From assembly GCA_051294375.1 (NCBI GenBank), contig CM119263.1, forward strand, positions 28,557,280 through 28,621,279: DNA of 64,000 nt, given 5' to 3'. A program made the position numbers and the translations under genes. The notes under the pieces were generated by a model. It did not search any database, was not told the DNA's origin, and saw only the letters and a list, made by a program, of their open reading frames with translations. Below are positions 53,910 to 64,000 of the stretch, piece by piece; the stretch's first letter is position 1; each line of letters opens with the position of its first letter. The DNA is from Paraspadella gotoi. Lineage: Eukaryota; Animalia; Chaetognatha.

Positions 53910-55928
53910 GACCATGTCACGTCGTGTCATGTCATGTCATGTCATGAACTCAACGGAAAAACGAACGAGAGATTCGTAAGAAAAAGCGAGAATGCAAAAA
54001 AAAATCTGCTCGACAAATTCTCTCTGAAAAAAAGGCGACGTTTTATCATTAAAAATTCATTAATTATTTTTAAATCTTTTAAACTTTTTTCCGATGGAAA
54101 TCGACTACGACAACAACAACAACAACAACGACGACGAATTCTCTCGAGGTCGTAAACAATCCTCGCGATTCTCTTATCTTCTCTCGAGTGACAGCGAACA
54201 TTTTTCCAACGTCGAACCTGTTCGTCTCTGGAGTGGCCTGTTCGTTTCTAGAAAGGCCTGTTCGTTCCGAGAAAGGCCTGTTCGTTTCTAAAGTGACAAG
54301 TCTGTTTCTGATTGGCCTGTCTTTTTCTAGCCTTGTTCTTCTTGACACGCCTTGTTCACTTCCACTCTCNNNNNNNNNNNNNNNNNNNNNNNNNNNNNNN
54401 NNNNNNNNNNNNNNNNNNNNNNNNNNNNNNNNNNNNNNNNNNNNNNNNNNNNNNNNNNNNNNNNNNNNNNNNNNNNNNNNNNNNNNNNNNNNNNNNNNNN
54501 NNNNNNNNNNNNNNNNNNNNNNNNNNNNNNNNNNNNNNNNNNNNNNNNNNNNNNNNNNNNNNNNNNNNNNNNNNNNNNNNNNNNNAATCTAATCTTTCCT
54601 TTTTCGCTCTTTCTCCCGCCTTTTCCTTTCCGCTTTCCGCCTCTAAATTGAATCGACGCTTGGCGGCGCGACAATCGTAAAAAAGTAAACAAGTAAACAA
54701 ACGAGGCGCGCATAAAAAAAGTATTGAATAAAAAACTCGTTTTCTCGATTTTCCGACTCCCATTTTGCTTCGCCTCTTTTTATTCTACGTTGCGGTCTTT
54801 CCTCGTGATTCAGAATTCACAATTTGAAAAATAGAAAATCAGGAATTCCTNNNNNNNNNNNNNNNNNNNNNNNNNNNNNNNNNNNNNNNNNNNNNNNNNN
54901 NNNNNNNNNNNNNNNNNNNNNNNNNNNNNNNNNNNNNNNNNNNNNNNNNNNNNNNNNNNNNNNNNNTTTTTTTTCTCCTGATTTTCTTTTTACATTTTCG
55001 TAGAAAGTGAAAATGGGGCAATTGTTCCATCAAGAGTCGGAAATGTTCCGAGTTTGCCGGAAATCGTTTGGTTGGCGCGTTTAAGTGAAATACGGGTAAA
55101 CTAATTTAGCGAACAATCGTTCTTAAATCAGAACGAACAACAACAACAACAACAACAANNNNNNNNNNNNNNNNNNNNNNNNNNNNNNNNNNNNNNNNNN
55201 NNNNNNNNNNNNNNNNNNNNNNNNNNNNNNNNNNNNNNNNNNNNNNNNNNNNNNNNNNGGGCTCTTTTGAGTCTTCCTTGCTGGCCCTTACTTAACGGCA
55301 GCACTTTCCTTTCTTATAGTTTGTGGAGGTAGTTATAGTTTTAGTTAGTTTATACATACCAAGCCACCTCTCCCCCCTCACTCACCCTCCCTCACCTGAA
55401 ATCCATCCAAAAGGCGAAGCCGCCTGCAGCCGACGACGGACTTTGTCCAATGGGCGTGTTCACTTTTTCCGGAAGAGATCACTCGGGGAGTTGAGGATCG
55501 AGGGCGCGGAAGTCGAAGAGCAGGGATGAGGAGGAGGAAGGAAGGTCGTCGACTTCATCCAGCTTCTTGGAGGATCTGATGACGACGAGGAGACGGCGTT
55601 GCTGCGGGAAAAGGAGGGGGGAGTGGGATTTTCGATGGTCTGTTCTTGTTGTCTGTCTGTCTGTTGTCTGTTTGTTTATTTTTATAATCTTCCTTGTCTT
55701 CCTTCATAAGGTTAAGAATTCTCCATCTGCCTGTCTATCTATCTTGTCTGTCCACATACTGTCGGTCTCATATGTTTGACGTTATGAAGACTATCTGTCT
55801 TATGTACATCTGGTATAATCGTCTCTCTGTAAGGGTTCCCTTGACTACAGGGTCTATCCGGTATTTTGTCTGGTTTGTTCTATTTCTCTCTCTCTTCTCT
55901 CCTTTCTCTTCTCTCCTCTCTCTCTCTT

Positions 55929-55964
<36 letters not shown>

Positions 55965-56703
55965 CTCTATCTCTCTCCTCCTTCTCTCTCTTCTCCCCTC
56001 CTTTCTCACCGATAGTCCAGCACGGCGAATAACGAGCAAAGGTACGACTTGTCGTATTCTTTTTAAATTCGCATAAAACTGGAGCGAATGTGCAATTTGG
56101 TTCTGTCGTTGGATATCGTTGAGGCAAAAAAGATTCGTCGCACTCTGGTCAGTACATTTTTTTTTGGGGGGGGGGGGCTGTCGAGAGTTTTCGATTTGGA
56201 TCGTTCCTTGGAATTGTCCTTGGCATTGTACGCTTTTGTCCTTTTGTCTTGTGGAATATTGTTCCTTGTCCTTGTAATTGTTTCCGCTTTTGTTTTTGAG
56301 AAACTAATTGATTTTATTTTTAAATTCTTGGCTTCGAAGAACTGTTTTTGTTGTTGTTGTTGTTGTTCGTTCTGATTTAAGAACGAATTGTTCGCTAAAT
56401 GAGTTTTTACCCGTATTTCACTTAAACGCGCCCCACCAAACGATTTCCGGCCAAACTCGGGAACGTTTTCCGACTCTTGCTGGAACAATTGCCATTTTCA
56501 TTTTCTTACGAGGAATGAAGAAGAAATCAGGAGAAAAAAAACCGGGAAGTTTTCCGGCACCTCTCGCACAATCGCCCAAATTTGCGTCGGTTTCCTTTGC
56601 GGAATTTTCCGGCGAAAACAACGACATTAAAACGACGAGACAAAAGAGATTCGAGAGAGAGAGAGAGAAGAGAGAGGAGAGAGAGAGAGAGAGAGAGAGA
56701 GAT

Positions 56704-56742
<39 letters not shown>

Positions 56743-57061
56743 TTCTGATTTTCTATTTTTCAAATTGCTGAATTCTGAATCACTTAGGAAAGACCGCAAA
56801 CGTAGAAATAAAAGAGGCGAAGCAAATGGAAGTTCGAAAATCGAGAAAAACTGAGTTTTTTATTTCAATACTTTTTATGGCGTCGCCTCGTTTTGTTTTT
56901 ACTTGTTTACGTTTTTTACGATTGTGCGCGCAAGCGTCGATTCAATTTAGAGGCGGAAAAGCGGAAAGGAAAAGGCGGGAGAAAGAGCGGAAAAAGGAAA
57001 GATTTAGATTCGCCTCAACGCTAATGAAGAGAAAAGAGAGAGAGAGAGAGAGAGAGCGAGA

Positions 57062-57131
<70 letters not shown>

Positions 57132-57619
57132 AGTTGAACAAGGCGTGTCAAGGGAAGAACAAGGCTAGAAAAAGACAGGCAATTCAGAAACAGACTTGTC
57201 ACTTTAAGAAACGAACAGGCCTTTCTCGGAACGGAACAGGCCTTTCCTAGAAACGGAACAGGCCCACTCAGAGACGAAAACAGGTTTCGACGTTGGATGA
57301 AAATGTTCGCTGTCACTCGAGAGAAGATAAGAGAATCGCGAGGATTGTTTCGACCCGAGGAGAATTCGTCGTCGTTGTTGTTTGTGTGTTTGTTGTCGTA
57401 GTCGATTTCCATCGGAAAAAAGTTCTAGAAAGATTTAAAATAATTGAAATGAATTTTTTAATGATAAAACGTTCGCCTTTTTTTGCAGAGAGAATTTGTC
57501 CCCCCCGAAAGCAAAAGAAAACGATTTTTTTTTGCATTTCCGTTTTTTCTTACGAATCTCTCGTTCGTTTTTTCCGTTGAGTTCATGATGACATGAACAT
57601 GACACGACGTGACATGGTC
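53910..57619. repeat. Inverted repeat with ~1.25-kb arms (53910-55158 and ~56346-57619) and a ~1.2-kb spacer
   Basis: gaccatgtcacgtcgtgtcatg at 53910 is the reverse complement of 57598-57619, and tcttaaatcagaacgaacaacaac matches 56350-56382. The left arm is gapped at microsatellites; the right arm is indel-rich. Confidence 0.9.
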
Positions 57620-58921
57620 ATGTGTAAAGTGACCAGCTTGGCCCAAATGAATCGATCGTCGTCCGTTGAATGAAAATTGTCAATCGCGGAATTCGGGAAA
57701 CGCGAACACCAATCGAGTGATCGATTATCAGTGAAGTTTAATTGATGAGTATCGGAGATATTTTATAACATAATTGGACCGAGTCGTTTTAATGGGGCTA
57801 TGGTTTAACAATTGTTTAACATTTATAAAGTTGAAAATAAAGGCAGGTTTATTTTACAATCAATTTTTTGCTTATGAACATTAAAAGTGATTAGATTTAA
57901 AATTAGATTTTGATTATATTTATAAGGATTTTTTAACTAGTAAGTTTTAATAAAATTAAATAAGAAAAGTTTGTAAATCATTGCGAAGATGAGGAATTTC
58001 ACGTAGACGAAATCGAAAGAGGGAAAGAATGGAGGCAGCGACGAATGACGCGACCGACCGACGGAAGGAAGAGAATCCAACGACGGACCGACGGCCATTA
58101 GTTTTGTCGGTCTGTCCCTTCGTCCGTTTGCCACCCCTTCGTCCGTCCCGGCCGTCCGGATGGACGACCTTGATAGCCACGTTTCCCTTTTTCCCTTTCG
58201 TTTCCTTGTATATTCTTCCATTTACCAATTTTCAACACAAACATCGACCAGACATCACAACACAGCTAACACCTTCTCCCGCGGTCACTCCACCACCCCA
58301 TCCCCCGACATCTCCAACCTCTCCAACCCACACAATTTTCACCCTCAACCACACATCCCACCACCCACCCAACAAACAACCCCCCAACCAATCACTGACC
58401 GACACAGACACACGCCAACAGCTCCATCACCACACTCACCACCCGACAGAACATCCAAACTGCGCTCCTGGGACTAAGGTGTAAGGTGAGAGGGAATATA
58501 GCTGATGGAAAATGCTGCCTACAGAAAGTAAAATGTTGAACCTAAAATTCGATGTACATATATTCCATTTCAAGTTTTTCAACTAATGTCCATTACCTTC
58601 CAAAGTTCAAAAGTTTCCCTAAAAAAATTAAGAATTTCTTTTCTTTTTTTAATTTTTCTTTTTTATTTTTATTTTTTTAAAGTTTCAACGGGAGCGCGTG
58701 GATTTTGGCGGCGATCAGTTTTGAACGAACCGTCGGGATGATTTACCCGATCAAAGTCAGTCAGGAAAGGTCGACCAACGGATCCGCCAAGGGTAAGGCG
58801 CCTTGGGTGGTTGTTGCGAAAGTAGGTCAAAACCGGACTGGGGAAAAAACAAAAGACCACTATTAAAGTCTTTACAAAAATATATGTCTCGTAAAAACGT
58901 AAGAAAATAACTATAAATAAT

Positions 58922-58958
<37 letters not shown>

Positions 58959-58959
<1 letters not shown>

Positions 58960-60094
58960 CTACGTGATCGTCGCTGTCATCGTCGTCATCACGACGCTTT
59001 CCAATCTCCCGCTGATCGTGATCCCCGACTACGCCGACGGCAACTGCACCGTCGCGCCCACTCGACTCACCAAGTGGCTCACCGTCGGACTCAAGGCCTT
59101 TTTCTACGGCTACTGCCCCATCGCCGTCATCCTCGTCTGCAATGCAATCACCATCTGCAAAATCGCGCCTTGGAGATGCGCACAGGTAGGTTTTATTGGT
59201 TGGTTGATGGTTCGTTAAATGCGTGTGGCAAATTGAGTAATGTGTGGATTGATGGATTGATTGATTTAATAATTAAAAATTTGGTGAATTGATGATGTGG
59301 ATTGATTGAATCATTGGTAGCAATCGTTGCGGATTTTTAGCTTGATTGATTGATTGATTATTTAGTTAATTAAGTGACCGATTGATTAATTTATTTCTGT
59401 TTAATATCTCGATAGATTAATTAATAAGTATTCTCTTTCTCCCACAGTTTCCCAATTCTCTTCTCTCCGCCCCCTCCTCTTCTCTCCGCCCTTCTTCCTC
59501 CCACCCCCGCCACCGCCTCCATCACACCCGAATCGTCGGCGCTCTTCTCACCGTCACATCCGCCTTCACCGTTTTGTGTCTCCCCTGGGCGATCCTCTGC
59601 ACCCTTCATCTCATCGACTTGGACTACAGGCGAGTTTGTGAATGTGGGACCGAAAAAAAAAAACATAAAAAAAATCAACTCAACCTTCCTTCACTTCCCC
59701 AACCAGCTGCGAGCGCACCTCCGATCCGCTCCTCCAAGGCGCCTTCCTTGCCGCCGATCTCCTGGCCAACCTCAATCACGCCGTCAACTTCCTCCTCTAC
59801 GCCTTCGCCTCGCCGCAGTTTCGCCAGCAGATGTCGACGATGCTGCGCGGTCGCGGAGAGAGCCTCGCCTCCACCACCTCTACCTCCGCTAGGACGAGAA
59901 AGTCGACCGCGTTCGTCCGAGAGGAAGACGGTGCGGCAGGCGCTGCAGGGGTCGGAGGCGCGGCAGGGACGCGAGGTGCTGCGGCGGAAGAGGAGAAAGG
60001 AGGGAGGGGAGAAGGGGGAGGAGAAGAGGGAGGAAGAGAGGAAGAGGAAGAAGAGGAGAGTCGAGAGAGAGAAAGAGTTGGTTGTCGAAGTTAG
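58959..60094 (+). CDS. Rhodopsin-family GPCR (FMRFamide/sex-peptide-receptor/GPR139-like), TM4 to C-terminus only; exons 58959-59185, 59448-59629, 59707-60094
   Basis: TM4 ..SNLP, ECL2 Cys, TM5 YGYCPIAVILVCNAITI, TM6 LLTVTSAFTVLCLPW, TM7 LNHAVNFLLY and helix 8 SPQFRQ. Confidence 0.88.
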
Positions 60095-60939
60095 AGAAGT
60101 TTGAGACGAGCAGCGTTCCTCCGGTGGAATTGTGAATAAAATGAGATGGAGGAAAGGGAAGGATTGGGAGAAGGGAGAAGAGGAGAGAGACACAAAAGTT
60201 TTGACATTTTCTTTTAATCTTTTTTTTATTTAAAGACGTAGTTATATTCATACCATTCTACATTCCGAACGATCTCACTTCTTTGACAGCTGTCCTATAT
60301 TTAATTAATTCAATGTACTTCTTATTAACTCGTTTAATGAAACTATTAATTGTTCGTGTCATCATGAAATTAAATACATTTTTCGATGATAAACTGTAAT
60401 TTGAAAACCAGATATGAAAAATGACTGAATTGATCAATGTAGCAACCATGACATTGTGGTGAGTCAATGAAATTACACGGGAACACAGACGAACAACGAA
60501 CAGGTGAACTGTTTTACACCGAGCGAAATTACGATACGTCAAGCTTTGTAATAAATATATAAATGTATAACTTCGTAATAATACTAATTTTTCAAAGAAA
60601 ACTAAAGGATTAATAAGGCACGTTATATGAAAATGAAAGAAGAGACGATTTGCATCTAATATTTTACGTTAAAAAATAAACATCTCAATTAGCGATTTTA
60701 TCACGTGACAGATTCTATTCTATGTTTTGAGTCATATTTTTGAATCACATGTGCGTCGAACACGTGACCTCGTTGTCCGTGAACTTCTCCCGAGGCGTTG
60801 AGTCTTCAAAGTTTGCGTTAACGACGCCGGTTTTGACGTCGACGCCGCCATTCGCCACGCCCGTCATTGTTCTGTTCTTTGTTTTCAAACCCGGCGCTCT
60901 CCTCCGAGGCGGGCGCCGTTTTCCATACCGGCGCCGTTC

Positions 60940-62743
60940 TCATCTCTCCGTCTCGCGGCGCCGAGCCTTCGACGCTGGACGATTCCATCTCCGAGTCCCA
61001 AAGCGCCTCGCGTCGACACTCTGGCGCGAGGAAGAAGATCCGGCGTCGGTGAGGGGCGAGACTCGTGATTCCTCTGGGTCAGAGATTAAATAATTATTAT
61101 TAGAATAAAAATAATTATTGAAAAACATAAACTAATCCATGGATGAAATTTAGTTTTTTAAATTTAAAATGATTTTTTGTATACTATCTTTTTTAAAAAT
61201 TTTTTTATCTAATTCTAAATTCTAAATTTCTAAATTCTAAATCTAAATTCTAAATTCTAAATTCTATATTACATATGTTATATATGTATTTTTCCTGTTT
61301 TTAGTCCGTTTCCTTATTTTTAATTCTTTTCAATTTGTATTTACGGTACTTACAGTCTTACAGTATCTATTTTTTTTTTGGGGGGGGGGATAAATAGATT
61401 TTTAGTAGGGTTCAATATCAAAAGGATAAATTTTTAGACCAAATTGCTACTTTGTGCCGAAATATGTACTGGTCACTGAATTGCCTTCAACCTTAACTTA
61501 CCCCAAACCCAAACACCAAAGGCCCAACCCAAACGCCGAACCTAAAACCCAAAACCCCGACTGACCCAAATTCGAATAAATGGTCCTGGATTTCCCGCTG
61601 GCCGTCGATTGTCCTTTTGTTCGCCTCCCGTCGCCTCGACCGAAGAGCATCTCGATGAAATCCTCGCGGAATCCTTTGCCGCTGGGTGAACATTTGAAAA
61701 ATGAAAAACAGATGAACATTCGAAATCAATTTTCTTATTGTTTTAGAATAACCTCATTGTGTAAACCAGAAAGTTAATGGCGTGACTGAGATTAGCGAGA
61801 ATGTCGGCGACGATTACCGCCGTTGTGAAGGCTTCTTTGTTCAAGTTCTGTGAAGATATTCGATCGGTCAATTTATTAGCATTTCAAGATTTTAATCTCT
61901 TATTTTTAGTAGGTAAGATTCTCTTTCCGACGTCTCGCCTTTTTGTCGACGACCAACTGGAGGATGTTGAGCACCGCCCACGGAGTGCAGCAGACGAGGA
62001 AAGTGAAGGAGACCGCGAGGAGCATGACGCCCACTCGCCGGTTCTGCCGCTGGCGGCGCTCGAATCTGGAAGGGGAAAGAAGGACAAAAATCCTTTACAA
62101 ATTTTACATTAATTTTATATACTAAACTTTGAATTTGTTTTAGCGTATTTCTCTCTTTCTCTCTTTCTCTCTTTCTCTCTTTCTCTCTATTTTTCTCTCT
62201 TTCTCTTTCATTCAATTTTCTTACCCCGACCTTACCTCTGGCACTTTCGGTTCTCCTCCGACTTGAAGGCCCCCGTCGACTGACACATTTTGGAGATGAT
62301 CAAGATGTTGAAGAGGAGATTGAGAGAGAGAGGGAGGATACCGTACATCAAAGACTTGGCCAAGTTTATCACCCACTTTCCCCTGCAGGAGGAAATAATG
62401 CAGTTGGTTCCGCTGGAGTCGAGGGTCTTGTACATCAAGATGGGGATGTTGCAGAGCATCACTGTTTGGGGGAGGAGGGGGTTTAGAGTAGTGGAGAAGG
62501 TGGAGGATCTGGAGGCCGTCCGGGAGAGTGACTGTTTTCAATTGGCTCGTTTCCAATTCCCACACAATCAACAATGACGACAACTACTTAACTGAAAACA
62601 AAAAAAAAACGTATTCGCAACAACGACGACGACGACCAATTTTTTTTTGGTTAAGTATAACTATTAATAAGTGGGCGTCTGTGCGGGCGGGGCCACTGGC
62701 ATTAGTCGAAGAAGAGTCATAATCCGTCTCAAGACGCAATCTT

Positions 62744-62789
<46 letters not shown>

Positions 62790-63890
62790 AGCCCAACAGC
62801 TGCCACACAGGCGACTTTCGCCCTGGCGACGGTGCAGAAGTCTTTGCTCTTGAGAGGAAAGAAGACGATGAGGAATCTCTCGGCGGTGACGAGAGTCACG
62901 ATCCAAACGGCGCCGTTGAAGAAAACGTCGATGACGAAAGGCCAGACTCGGCAGAGGACGGGGGAAGTGTCCCAGATGGTGACGTTGACGACGGCCTGTT
63001 TGGGTTTGAATTAAATTGGATCGATGAGAAAGAAAGTATTTGCGGGATTGATTGATTGATTAATTGATTTATTGATTTATTGGTTTATTGATTTATAGAT
63101 TTTTTAAAATAGAGGAAGGATTTTTTTAACAATTTTCTTTAATTTAGTTCATGCAATATATAATTGATGGGCTAATTTTTTAACTCATCAATATATTAAT
63201 ATGTTGATAAGGCGCTAAGTGGGCAGAAGATGACTATCCATAACTTCTATAACGCCCTCTAGCAGACATGGAACGGGTCCTGGGCTTGGAACCAGGCTTG
63301 AGGGTTTGCCACGCCCCCAAGGCGGCTTACGGCCGTCCTCACTCTTCCCGCAGGGTAGGTACCGGGTTGGGATTGAACCCGGTACCTAGTGGTCATGAGC
63401 TGATGGCTTTACTCAATGAGCCACCGGGTCACAACTGAAAGAGTCCTGCTTATAGGCGGGGTGAACCGAGGCAATGCCCGACTACAAATATTATATTAAT
63501 TCTTTATTCTTTTATTTAATAATTTATGCCTTAATTTGCGGAAATAGAAATACATAAATGTCGCTAAACTTTTCTTAAAAAACGATAGGATTGTTTTTTT
63601 CTAATTATAACCAAATATTTGATATTTATCTATTAGTTAAAACAAGACACAACATCAATAAGTTTACTCTCTTTCCTGCAAGAAACAATCGGTTGTGTTG
63701 GTGAGGATCGCTCCAGTGTCAAAGAGCGCCAAGCAACAGAGGATGAAGGCCGTTGATCTCTTGGAGGCAAATGGACAGAGAACCATGAAGGAGGCAGCGT
63801 TACCGATAGCACCGCAGTAGCAGATGACGACCAAGGGAAGAAGTTGGCGCGGGGAGGTGCAGGAGACGTCCGTCAACACCTCCAACGAGG

Positions 63891-63892
<2 letters not shown>
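60940..63892 (-). CDS. Rhodopsin-family GPCR (same subfamily), N-terminus missing; exons 63892-63676, 62995-62788, 62461-62236, 62065-61939, 61847-61753, 61681-61566, 61073-60940
   Basis: TM1 GAIGN, TM2 STAFILCCLALFD, TM3 LCRVWPF..WIVTLVTAERFLIVFFPLKSKDFCT, TM4 CNIP, TM5 YGILP..FNILII, TM6 MLLAVSFTFLVCCTPW, TM7 LSHAINFLVY and helix 8 GKGFRE. The last exon and stop are provisional. Confidence 0.9.
63251..63337 (-). ncRNA. Twister-ribozyme-like motif (type P1), possibly degenerate
   Basis: Minus strand reads GACG-gccg-UAA-GCC-GC-[CUUGGGGG/CCCUCAAG]-[CCUG-GUUCCAAGCC-CAGG]-15 nt-GCUA-GAGGG-CGUU. P3, P4, L4, T1 (UCC/GGG) and T2 (GC/GC) fit; the P2 register is imperfect. Confidence 0.6.
63345..63430 (-). 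mobile_element. tRNA-derived Pol III head (A and B boxes), SINE-like
   Basis: Minus strand GGTGGCTCATTGAGTAAAGC (A-box-like) and GGTTCAATCCC (B-box, 63379-63369) at tRNA spacing. No proper acceptor stem, so not a tRNA gene. Confidence 0.7.
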
Positions 63893-63978
<86 letters not shown>

Positions 63979-64000
63979 GAGATAGTAACGACGTCTCAGC

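Noticed and set aside
52749-54763. Long ORFs containing X runs
   Set aside because: They are open only because they cross N gaps.
55397-55602. Exon-like minus-strand segment with good AG/GT ends
   Set aside because: Stop codons in all three frames and it lies in a poorly assembled region; it cannot be assigned.
63345-63430. Functional tRNA gene
   Set aside because: A and B boxes are present but there is no acceptor stem or proper cloverleaf; treated as a SINE-like head.

Overview
Eukaryotic, most likely invertebrate animal, draft-assembly scaffold: AT-rich introns with abundant (GA)n, (GAC)n and (TATC)n microsatellites, GC-rich exons and several N gaps. All gene models were spliced by hand. 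Well supported: a 716-aa type II membrane C-type lectin (-), a 189-aa PYG-repeat FAM166/CIMIP2-like ciliary protein (-), a SCaMC/SLC25A23-25-type mitochondrial carrier (-), a METTL27-like methyltransferase (+), a GPI-anchored NtA/TIMP-fold-like protein (+, 5' partial) and two convergent FMRFamide/GPR139-type rhodopsin GPCR paralogues (both 5' partial). Weaker: a tail-anchored orphan split by one frameshift and two small orphan exon chains. The 15-kb palindrome (767-15984) and the 3.7-kb tandem duplication (40148-47650) each have one indel-riddled copy running into an exactly 25-N gap and are probably long-read gap-filling artefacts. Most interesting signals: a tRNA-like Pol III head joined to a twister-ribozyme-like fold inside a GPCR intron; a second dispersed structured element with conserved blocks and variable hairpins; a ~120-aa S/Q/T insertion carrying a GKR processing site inside the lectin domain; and non-canonical splice donors (two GC, one apparent GA) in the GPCRs.
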